DNA of 64,000 nucleotides from an uncultured Candidatus Saccharibacteria bacterium (GTDB lineage Bacteria; Patescibacteriota; Doudnabacteria; UBA920): NCBI GenBank assembly GCA_964416765.1, contig CAYQEU010000001.1, positions 276,480 to 340,479 of the forward strand, read 5' to 3'. Shown piece by piece: positions 56,320 to 64,000 of this stretch (position 1 is its first letter; each line of letters starts with the position of its first letter). The notes under the pieces were generated by a model. It saw only the letters and a program-made list of their open reading frames with translations, ran no database searches and was not told where the DNA came from. The position numbers and the translations under genes were made by a program.

Positions 56320-58094
56320 TTTTGCTTATCTTTTGGCAAATCTACTTTAATGCTCAATTCTTTCAGCTGTTTTTCTTCTACTTCGCTTGGAGCATTCATC
56401 ATAACGTCCTGAGCAGAACCGTTCTTGGGGAAAGCAATTACTTCGCGGATGTTTGGTTCGTTTTCGAAAATCATGAGCATACGGTCAATTCCCGGGGCAA
56501 AGCCGCCTGAGGGAGGAGCGCCGAATTCAAACGCTCGAATCATGGCGCCGAACTTTTCGTCCACGGTGTCTTTATTGATTCCTACGATATCAAACGCCTT
56601 GTACATAATTTCGGGGTTGAAATTGCGGATGGCACCGGAAGAAAGTTCCAAGCCATTGGCAATAATGTCGTATTGGTCAGCGATAATGTCCAGCGGATCT
56701 TTAGAATTTAATTCTTCCAGGCCGCCTTTTGGCATGGAAAACGGGTTATGCATGAAATCGATTTTCTTTTCACGGGGGTCATATTCATATAGGGGGAAAT
56801 CCGTGATCCAGGCCCACGCTACTACGTTGGGGTCCTTAAGGTTGTATTTGTCTCCTAAAACATCTCGAAGTTTGCCCAAAACTTTATTAACAACAGCACG
56901 GTCGTCAGCCCCGAAGAAGACAATATCTCCTGGCTTTGCCCTGGTAGCTTCAGCAATAGAATTCATCTCACCTTCACTAAGGAATTTTGCTATGGGTGAT
57001 TTGAGGCCTTCTTCGGTATAGGTTATGTACGCAAGGCCGCCGGCTCCTTCTTTCTTCGCGGTTTCTGTAAGCTCATCAATTTGGCTGCGGCTCATGGAAG
57101 CGCCGCCAACTAAACAAATAGCTTTCACACAACCCCCGTTTTTAATGGCGTTGCCAAAAACTGAAAATTCGGTATCCTTTAGCGCCTCGGTCAGCTCAAT
57201 TAATTCCATGCCGTAACGCAAGTCCGGCCGGTCACTGCCATATTTTTCCATTGCTTCCTTGTACGGGATGCGGGGGAAGGGTTTGGAAAGGCACTTCTTG
57301 CCAGCGAATTCTTCAGTCAGTTGAATGAACAAAGGCTCTAATTCCTCAAATACGATTTCACCGCGGTCGGCAAATGCAATTTCCAAATCGAGTTGATAAA
57401 ACTCACCGGGCGAACGGTCTGCGCGAGGGTCTTCATCACGGAAACATGGCGCGATTTGGAAATATTTGTGGACGCCGCCAACCATCAACAATTGCTTAAA
57501 CTGCTGAGGGGCTTGCGGCAAAGCGTAGAACTTGCCGGGATGGAGACGGGATGGAACTAAGAAATCGCGGGCGCCTTCCGGTGAAGAATTAGCCAGAATA
57601 GGGGTGGTAATTTCAATGAAATCGTGGGCGTCCATGTAGTCACGGATCATTTTTATCATGTCGTGACGGCGCTTTAGCATGCGCTGCATCTTTTCGCGGC
57701 GCAAATCGAGAAAACGGTACTTTAGACGGACTTCTTCGTTAACTTCATCCGTGGCGTGAGAAATCTGGAACGGCAAAGCTTTGCTTTTATTCAAAACAAC
57801 CAAGTCAGATAAAACAACTTCCACGCTGCCAGTAGGGATATTTGGATTTATCAGGTCCGCATCCCGCTTTTTCACGGTACCCGTAATTTTGATAACAAAC
57901 TCATCACGTAATGTATTGGCTGTTTCAAAAATAGCGCCCATGTCGGGATTAACAGTAAGTTGAACAATCCCGGTGTGGTCGCGTAGGTCAATAAAAATAA
58001 GACCGCCGTGGTCTCGGGCGGAATCTACCCATCCGGAAAGTGTGACTTCCTGACCAACTTTTTCCAGCGTTTCAATCGCTAAATCTCGTTTCAT
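56316..58094 (-). CDS. aspS: Aspartate--tRNA ligase
   Basis: RDHGGLIFIDLRD, PEGARDFLVP, CFRDED, GAPPSGG. Confidence 0.97.
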   Translation of the reverse strand: MKRDLAIETLEKVGQEVTLSGWVDSARDHGGLIFIDLRDHTGIVQLTVNPDMGAIFETANTLRDEFVIKITGTVKKRDADLINPNIPTGSVEVVLSDLVVLNKSKALPFQISHATDEVNEEVRLKYRFLDLRREKMQRMLKRRHDMIKMIRDYMDAHDFIEITTPILANSSPEGARDFLVPSRLHPGKFYALPQAPQQFKQLLMVGGVHKYFQIAPCFRDEDPRADRSPGEFYQLDLEIAFADRGEIVFEELEPLFIQLTEEFAGKKCLSKPFPRIPYKEAMEKYGSDRPDLRYGMELIELTEALKDTEFSVFGNAIKNGGCVKAICLVGGASMSRSQIDELTETAKKEGAGGLAYITYTEEGLKSPIAKFLSEGEMNSIAEATRAKPGDIVFFGADDRAVVNKVLGKLRDVLGDKYNLKDPNVVAWAWITDFPLYEYDPREKKIDFMHNPFSMPKGGLEELNSKDPLDIIADQYDIIANGLELSSGAIRNFNPEIMYKAFDIVGINKDTVDEKFGAMIRAFEFGAPPSGGFAPGIDRMLMIFENEPNIREVIAFPKNGSAQDVMMNAPSEVEEKQLKELSIKVDLPKDKQK

Positions 58095-58171
58095 ATGGCG
58101 AAATTATAACAAATTCAGGCCTTATTGGCAAAAATCCCCATCCCGGAAAAATAGGGTGTATAATGTATTTA

Positions 58172-58750
58172 ATGTTAAAGAAAATTGTTCTTGACCTTGA
58201 AACACAAAAAGAATTTAGCGAGGTAGGAGGCAGGGGTAAAAACCACCTGTTAAAGATTTCCGTGTGCGGGGTATATGATTATTCCACCAACCAATATACC
58301 GTATACGAAGAAAAGGAAATTCCCCGTTTGGCCCCAATACTTCAGGCGGCGGATTTGATCATTGGATACAACATTAAAGACTTTGATTTTGAAGTTCTCC
58401 AGCCGTACCTGAACTTTAATATATTTGAGATACCGCATTACGATTTGATTCAGGAAATAGCCGCGGTTTTGGGACATCGCGTCAGCCTGGAAATGGTGGC
58501 CCAGGCTTCGCTCGGGGTAGGCAAGTCCGGGCACGGGCGGCAGGCGGTACTGTACTGGCGCAATGGCCGTCTCGATTTGTTGAAAAAATATTGCTTGGAT
58601 GACGTCCGGATAACCAAGCAGGTTTACGATTACGCGCTGGTAAACCAAAAAATCTTGTATCGTGATTACTTTAAGGTTAAAGAAGTTAAACTTAACCTAA
58701 TGGAGCCGGCTCCAAGGACCGGCGTTCAGCACCAAGCAGTCCTATTTTAA
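58172..58750 (+). CDS. RNase H-like (DEDD/YprB) domain protein
   Basis: VLDLET, GYNIKDFD, YCLDDV. Confidence 0.85.
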   Translation: MLKKIVLDLETQKEFSEVGGRGKNHLLKISVCGVYDYSTNQYTVYEEKEIPRLAPILQAADLIIGYNIKDFDFEVLQPYLNFNIFEIPHYDLIQEIAAVLGHRVSLEMVAQASLGVGKSGHGRQAVLYWRNGRLDLLKKYCLDDVRITKQVYDYALVNQKILYRDYFKVKEVKLNLMEPAPRTGVQHQAVLF

Positions 58751-58758
58751 AATTCGCC

Positions 58759-59655
58759 ATGGCGACAAATAAAATGTTTAAAACCAAATGGCAAGCGGCC
58801 GGGTTAATCTTCGTGCTGGTGGGGAGTTTGGCCATTGCGTGGTACGGGTTATTGTCACCGGTTTTTAGCGGTGCCGTTATATTACCTCAGGAATTTCATA
58901 TTGGGTTTTTGCCCATCCACTATTACGGCGTGATCATCGCCCTGGGGGCATTGGCGGGGTGGTTTATTGCCATGGCCCAGGTAAAAAAATATGGGATAGA
59001 CGAGGATTTCGCTGAATGGATTATATTCTTCTGCGTGATTGGGGGCATTATTGGATCCCGTGCGTACCATGTATTCTCCTCGTGGAAGTATTACATCCAT
59101 AATCCTGTGCAGGCCATCGCGATCTGGAACGGGGGACTAGGGATATATGGTGCCGCCGCTGGCGGCGCGCTAGTGCTGGCAGTGGTCGTTTATTTTTCCG
59201 GCCGATGGTCAGCAAAAAAATTCATGAACTATCTGAATTGGCTAACTTTGAGTTTCGTTGCCGCCCAGGCCATTGGCCGATGGGGTAATTTTTTTAACTA
59301 TGAGGCGTTTGGCACCCCCACGGGGGTACCATGGAAGATGTATGTGCCCGTCTTGTTCCGGCCATCCGAGTACCTTGGCTACGTGTACTTCCATCCCTGG
59401 TTTTTGTACTCATCACTGGTAAACCTGGGAATTCTCCTTTATTTATGGCGTTATAAGCGCAATAATCCTTACCTTTTCGTGTGGTATTTGCTCTTGTATA
59501 ATGGTACTAGGACGTTCCTGGAACTTTTGCGCGCCGACAGCACGTTTGTTGGCCCCTTCCGGTTGAATTTCCTGGTCAGCCTCGGCCTCACCCTTTGCGC
59601 CGGGCTGTTTCTGTATAAACGCAGCCATGAACCAAAACTACCACAAAGCAATTAG
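58759..59655 (+). CDS. lgt: Prolipoprotein diacylglyceryl transferase
   Basis: IHYYG, IWNGGLGIYG, QAIGRWGNFFNYEAFG, HPWFLY. Confidence 0.93.
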   Translation: MATNKMFKTKWQAAGLIFVLVGSLAIAWYGLLSPVFSGAVILPQEFHIGFLPIHYYGVIIALGALAGWFIAMAQVKKYGIDEDFAEWIIFFCVIGGIIGSRAYHVFSSWKYYIHNPVQAIAIWNGGLGIYGAAAGGALVLAVVVYFSGRWSAKKFMNYLNWLTLSFVAAQAIGRWGNFFNYEAFGTPTGVPWKMYVPVLFRPSEYLGYVYFHPWFLYSSLVNLGILLYLWRYKRNNPYLFVWYLLLYNGTRTFLELLRADSTFVGPFRLNFLVSLGLTLCAGLFLYKRSHEPKLPQSN

Positions 59656-60376
59656 CGCGATCTTTAGCGTGGCCTTCCTGGTCACGGTACAGATTTTTGC
59701 CGCCCCTCTTCCGGTATTTCGTTACCTCCTCCCGGCCTTTATTTTGTTCTGTGCCGCCATGACTGTCTACAACATATGGTATTTGCGGAAAATTGGCCAC
59801 TACAATATTTGGTGGTGGGTACGTCCGGTATTGTTTGTCATCGGATGGTTCGCTCTATTCTTCATTGTTCCCGGAGATTTTTGGCGAGGATTGTTTTTGT
59901 TGCTTGGTCTGCCCATAATTTACCTAGTGGAGTTTTTGGTGGGTAACTCAGGACAACAATTGCTCATGAACGAAACCCTCATTACCGCGTTTGCCATATT
60001 CATGTCGGTAACCCAGTTCAGTCACACTTTTGCCACCATTCCCCAGGTCGTTTATTTAGGTATTTGTTTCGCCGCCACGCTTTTGCTGGTGCGGGCATCT
60101 TATGAAGCGGTACCCCGACCTGGTCCGGCGCGTTGGTACAGCGCGGCAATTTTGGCCTTACTTACGACCGAATTGTTTTGGGCACTAAGCTTTTTGCCGC
60201 TTCACTTCAGCGCCTTAGGCTTAATGATGTTTAACATATTCTACTTTTGCTGGGTTTTGTATTATTATGCATTATATGACCACCTCAACGTAAAGCAGGT
60301 GCAATACCACTTGGCATTGGGAATAATTTTCACCGCTGTAATTTTGGCGGTCACGCCGTGGAAGATCTTAACTTAA
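59627..60376 (+). CDS. Polytopic membrane protein
   Basis: About eight TM segments. Confidence 0.7.
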   Translation: MNQNYHKAISAIFSVAFLVTVQIFAAPLPVFRYLLPAFILFCAAMTVYNIWYLRKIGHYNIWWWVRPVLFVIGWFALFFIVPGDFWRGLFLLLGLPIIYLVEFLVGNSGQQLLMNETLITAFAIFMSVTQFSHTFATIPQVVYLGICFAATLLLVRASYEAVPRPGPARWYSAAILALLTTELFWALSFLPLHFSALGLMMFNIFYFCWVLYYYALYDHLNVKQVQYHLALGIIFTAVILAVTPWKILT

Positions 60377-60379
60377 TTT

Positions 60380-61438
60380 ATGAATAAAAAACTTATCCTA
60401 TTTTTCGTAGTTACCCTGATTGTTTGTGTTGTTTTTAATATCCTGGCAGGGCCATGGATTGCCGCCAAGCTTTCCTTTGTCCCGATTTTCCGGAAGTACC
60501 AGTTGTTTAACCCACAGGCGCCAATTGTCATTACCAAGAAAGATGATTCCGGTTCCTCTAGTGGCAGTGAAATGACGGACGCTATCGCCCGGGCCAAATC
60601 ACATCTATCCTCGATAGCAACGATTGGACCTAATTCAGTGGTTGTTAACGGCGGCGCTCTCAATCTTTCTACTGACGGTTATTTCCTTACTGTCGTTTCC
60701 GCCTTAGCCAAGGATGCCAGCACTCAGTCCATTGTTTTGAATAATGGGCAATCGGCTCCTATAACAGCGGTTTATGGCGAGCCGGGTTCCAACCTTGTAA
60801 TAGTGAAAGCATCTTTAAACGGTGTGGCTGTTGTGGATTTCGCTTCCAGTAAGTCTCTGTTGCCTGGTACTAAAATTGGTTTTTCCCATAACGTAGTTGC
60901 TTCCAATGGCCTGGTTAATTTCCAAGGCAGTTTCGTGTCATCAGCGCAAAACGCAACTTTGGGAAAGGTTTTTAACGCTGATAAGCCTTCACGCAGTTTC
61001 GCCGCCCAGCCCGCGGGCAGCCTTATCCCCGGTGAAGCTGTGATAGGATTGGACGGCAAGATTGCTGGATTGTGGGACGGTACCAATTTAGTTTCCGCTG
61101 ACGTGGCTAACCAAACCGTGAAACTGTTTTTCAATAATTCGCAAAAGGGGATTAACCGCCCGGTTTGGAAGTTTTCATACCGCAACATTGGCAGTGTGGA
61201 AAGCAATTCCTATCAAATCCCGATCGGGGCTCTGGTCGCTTCGGTTGACGCAAACGGTCCGGCCGCCGCCGCCGGCTTAAAGGCTGGAGATAGCATAACG
61301 GCGGTAGGGGGGCAAAGCCTGACCGAAGACACCACGCTCGAAGAATTGCTGGCTAACCAAAAACCCGGGCAATCAATAGCTTTTACCGTAGTGAGGGAAA
61401 AGAAGCTGATGACGTTAACGTTAACCCCGGCTCAGTAG
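60380..61438 (+). CDS. HtrA-like trypsin-fold/PDZ protein, probably catalytically inactive
   Basis: STDGYFLT; GPAAAAGLKAGDSI (PDZ); lacks TNxH and GNSGG. Confidence 0.7.
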   Translation: MNKKLILFFVVTLIVCVVFNILAGPWIAAKLSFVPIFRKYQLFNPQAPIVITKKDDSGSSSGSEMTDAIARAKSHLSSIATIGPNSVVVNGGALNLSTDGYFLTVVSALAKDASTQSIVLNNGQSAPITAVYGEPGSNLVIVKASLNGVAVVDFASSKSLLPGTKIGFSHNVVASNGLVNFQGSFVSSAQNATLGKVFNADKPSRSFAAQPAGSLIPGEAVIGLDGKIAGLWDGTNLVSADVANQTVKLFFNNSQKGINRPVWKFSYRNIGSVESNSYQIPIGALVASVDANGPAAAAGLKAGDSITAVGGQSLTEDTTLEELLANQKPGQSIAFTVVREKKLMTLTLTPAQ

Positions 61439-61522
61439 GATTGACACTCGTCCCAAAATGGGCTAAAATATGACCGAAATTAAGCTCCTCAAAAAGGGAG
61501 CTTTTAAAATGGAGGGTGACTG

Positions 61523-61990
61523 ATGAAAGGTCATGTGTTGATAGTCTACGACTCGGATGTTTCTTTGGGAAACAGTTTTATGTGTGCCCTGGCATTTTGC
61601 CAAAGGAACCGAGCCGCGGCAAATTTGGTGGCCTCGTTCGAGGGCAGCGCGATGCAGAACAACCTGCAGATGCTGCGCAACCGCCTTGGGTACGAAAACC
61701 ACGCCACCGTGGCGCTTTACATCGGTTTGCCGACCGATGAAACCGTTGACGGTGCATTTAAAATCTTTGCCGACCATCCCTCCAGAAACGTGTTCTTTCT
61801 CGGAAAGAGCGCGGACATACCTCTGCGGCTATGCCACACAGGAATAAAGACTCTGGAAGCGTTGGCTCTTATTGAGGTCCGGCATGTCCTGGACCGGTTT
61901 GCGAAATTCTCGGATGGGGGCTTGCTGCTGGTCGTGGAAGAAAACCCCACGCCGGAATTTTTTGCCGCAGCGAAGGCCCTGCTCTGCTAA
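61523..61990 (+). CDS. Hypothetical protein
   Basis: GGAGGG RBS, promoter and terminator. Confidence 0.6.
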   Translation: MKGHVLIVYDSDVSLGNSFMCALAFCQRNRAAANLVASFEGSAMQNNLQMLRNRLGYENHATVALYIGLPTDETVDGAFKIFADHPSRNVFFLGKSADIPLRLCHTGIKTLEALALIEVRHVLDRFAKFSDGGLLLVVEENPTPEFFAAAKALLC

Positions 61991-62068
61991 CACTCACCTT
62001 TGTATTCAAAATTGAAGCCGCGAATCGACTGCATGTCTGTTCGCGGCTTTGTTTTTCGGGACATCTTT

Positions 62069-62668
62069 TTATAGTTCGCGGCGGCCTTCGAGCGCTCGTG
62101 ACAGCGTAATTTCGTCCGCGTATTCGAGATCCCCGCCCATAGGCAGGCCCCGAGCGATCCGGGTAATTTTAACCCCGGTGTCTTTTAGCAATTTTGAAAT
62201 ATGGAGCGCCGTGGTTTCTCCTTCTAGGGTAGGATTAGTGGCGACAATTACTTCGGTTACGTCCAGCTTGGCAATTCTTCCCGGCAGGTCATCAATATTA
62301 AGCTGGTCCGCGCCAATTCCTTCCATTGGGTTTAGAACGCCGCCAAGGACATGGAATACCCCGCGAAATTGGCGGGTTTTGTCCAGGGCCAGCGCGTCCA
62401 GCGGTTCTTCCACTATGCACATCAAATGGTGGTCGCGGTTTGGATCAGCACAAATATCACAAGGGTCGGTTTCCGCCATGTTATGGCAATCGGCGCAGAA
62501 AGTCACTCCCGCTTTGAGGTTATGGATGCTCTCCGCCAGAGAATTTAAGTCGATATTGTCACGCTTCAGCAAATAAAAAGTCAGGCGTTGGGCCGATTTG
62601 GGACCAATGCCAGGGAGTTTGGAAAGTTCGTTTATGGCTCGTTCGAGGGAAGAGGGAAGTTTTGCCAT
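62069..62668 (-). CDS. recR: Recombination protein RecR
   Basis: LPGIGPKSAQR, C4 zinc finger, ATNPTLEGE, GGDLEYAD. Confidence 0.97.
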   Translation of the reverse strand: MAKLPSSLERAINELSKLPGIGPKSAQRLTFYLLKRDNIDLNSLAESIHNLKAGVTFCADCHNMAETDPCDICADPNRDHHLMCIVEEPLDALALDKTRQFRGVFHVLGGVLNPMEGIGADQLNIDDLPGRIAKLDVTEVIVATNPTLEGETTALHISKLLKDTGVKITRIARGLPMGGDLEYADEITLSRALEGRREL

Positions 62669-62670
62669 GT

Positions 62671-64000
62671 TTAGTTGGGGGCGGAGAATGTCGCGCCAGG
62701 ATTATTTTCTTCAGTGTTAAGGCTTTGCATGACGGCCTGGGGGCTGACGTCGAACGTGGCATCCAGGGTGCGGAACGATGTTTTGGCATCATCAAAGTAA
62801 AGGTCAACCTGACCGGTTGGGCCATTGCGGTGTTTTTTGATATGAATTTCAGCAATATTTGGTCGGCTGGATTCCCGGCCGCGGTACATGTCTTCGCGGT
62901 AAATAAACATGACCACGTCGGCGTCCTGCTCAATGCTACCCGATTCGCGAAGGTCAGCGAGCTGGGGGACCTTGTCGGGGCGGTTTTCCACGCCGCGAGA
63001 AAGCTGGGACAAGGCAATGACGGGGATGTTAAGTTCGCGGGCCAAGATCTTCAAGCTGCGGGAAATTTCACTAACTTCCTGCACGCGGTTGTCGGTGGTG
63101 CGGCCGGCCATAAGCTGGAGGTAGTCAATCACGATCAGGCCAAGGTTATGCTCGGCCTGAAGGCGCCGGGCTTTGGTGCGAACTTCCATGATGTTGGCGC
63201 CGGCGGCATCATCAATGTAAAGAGGTGCCTCGGACAAAGCGCCCATGCCATAGTTCAATTTTTCAAAATCTTCTTCCGTCAGGTTACCCGTGCGGATTTT
63301 CCAAAGGTCCACATCGGACTGGGCCGCCAGCAAACGGTCGACCAGTTGGTCCTTACTCATTTCCAAAGAGAATATCCCCGTGGGAATTTTTGCCACGGTA
63401 GCGACGTGGCGAATAATGTCCAGTGCCATGGAGGTTTTACCCATGGAAGGACGGGCCGCCAGGATTACCAAGTCGGAACGCTGCAAGCCCCCCAGTTTTT
63501 TATCCAGGTCGGTAAAGCCGGTCGGTAAACCGCGGAGTTTGCCTTTTTCCCGGTGCAGTTCATCAATACGTTCGAAAGTTTCGTGCAGGATGCTTTTTAC
63601 GGGAGTGAAATTCTGCTGGAGTTGCTGCTGGGACACGCTGAACAATTGCTGTTCCGCCTTGTCCAAAATATCCTCCACTTCGCCCTCTTCGGAAAAGGCC
63701 ATGCTTTGGATATCGCTGGCGCTTTTAATGAGCCGACGGAGTGTGCCCTTCTTTCGTACGATGTTGGCGTAGTACGTGAGGTGAGTGGCGGAAGGAACGG
63801 TATTCACCAACTGACTGAGGTATCCGGCGCCGCCCACCTGGTCTAGTTGTTTCTTTTCTTCCAGTGAATTTGAAAGAGTGAGGATATCAATGGAAATATT
63901 ACGCTCGAATAATCCGAGCATGGTTTCGTAAATGAGCTGGTGGCGGGTGTCATAAAAATCCTGCGCGCTGACAACGTCAGCTACTTTGATTATGCCGTCT
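62671..64000 (-). CDS. dnaB: Replicative DNA helicase (5' end outside the window)
   Basis: AARPSMGKT, FSLEMS, IDYLQL, DLRESGSIEQDAD. Confidence 0.97.
   Translation of the reverse strand, partial: DGIIKVADVVSAQDFYDTRHQLIYETMLGLFERNISIDILTLSNSLEEKKQLDQVGGAGYLSQLVNTVPSATHLTYYANIVRKKGTLRRLIKSASDIQSMAFSEEGEVEDILDKAEQQLFSVSQQQLQQNFTPVKSILHETFERIDELHREKGKLRGLPTGFTDLDKKLGGLQRSDLVILAARPSMGKTSMALDIIRHVATVAKIPTGIFSLEMSKDQLVDRLLAAQSDVDLWKIRTGNLTEEDFEKLNYGMGALSEAPLYIDDAAGANIMEVRTKARRLQAEHNLGLIVIDYLQLMAGRTTDNRVQEVSEISRSLKILARELNIPVIALSQLSRGVENRPDKVPQLADLRESGSIEQDADVVMFIYREDMYRGRESSRPNIAEIHIKKHRNGPTGQVDLYFDDAKTSFRTLDATFDVSPQAVMQSLNTEENNPGATFSAPN

Noticed and set aside
3497-64000. Additional VR copies (second DGR targets)
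   Set aside because: None noticed by eye; a proper alignment search with TR is needed to exclude them.

Overview
Bacterial chromosome segment; the gene set and style point to Patescibacteria/CPR (inference). The left end (1-3496) is a diversity-generating retroelement (DGR). It comprises a minus-strand reverse transcriptase truncated by the window edge and absent from the ORF track, an Avd-like gene on the opposite strand, a 131-bp template repeat (TR, 943-1073) and a 132-bp variable repeat (VR, 1396-1527). VR differs from TR by 20 substitutions, all at TR adenines, plus a 1-nt insertion that frameshifts the last ~25 codons of the target. The target is a cytoplasmic-looking 709-aa protein with GNAT-like, PcfJ-like and variable domains, downstream of a DUF4268/nuclease-like gene and tRNA-Gln. 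The rest is mostly housekeeping and transport genes (def, mnmA, hppA, rplJ/rplL with L10 leader, lexA, galE, SAM-I riboswitch-metK, scpA/B, aspS, lgt, recR, partial dnaB) and three tRNAs. Other notable signals: two hairpins with unrelated perfect stems around a conserved 27-nt loop, orphan single-gene cassettes with related promoter/leader sequences, many apparently leaderless genes, a Phd-like domain fused to GalE, and a palindrome in the lexA promoter. All calls come from reading the sequence by eye; no database searches were run.
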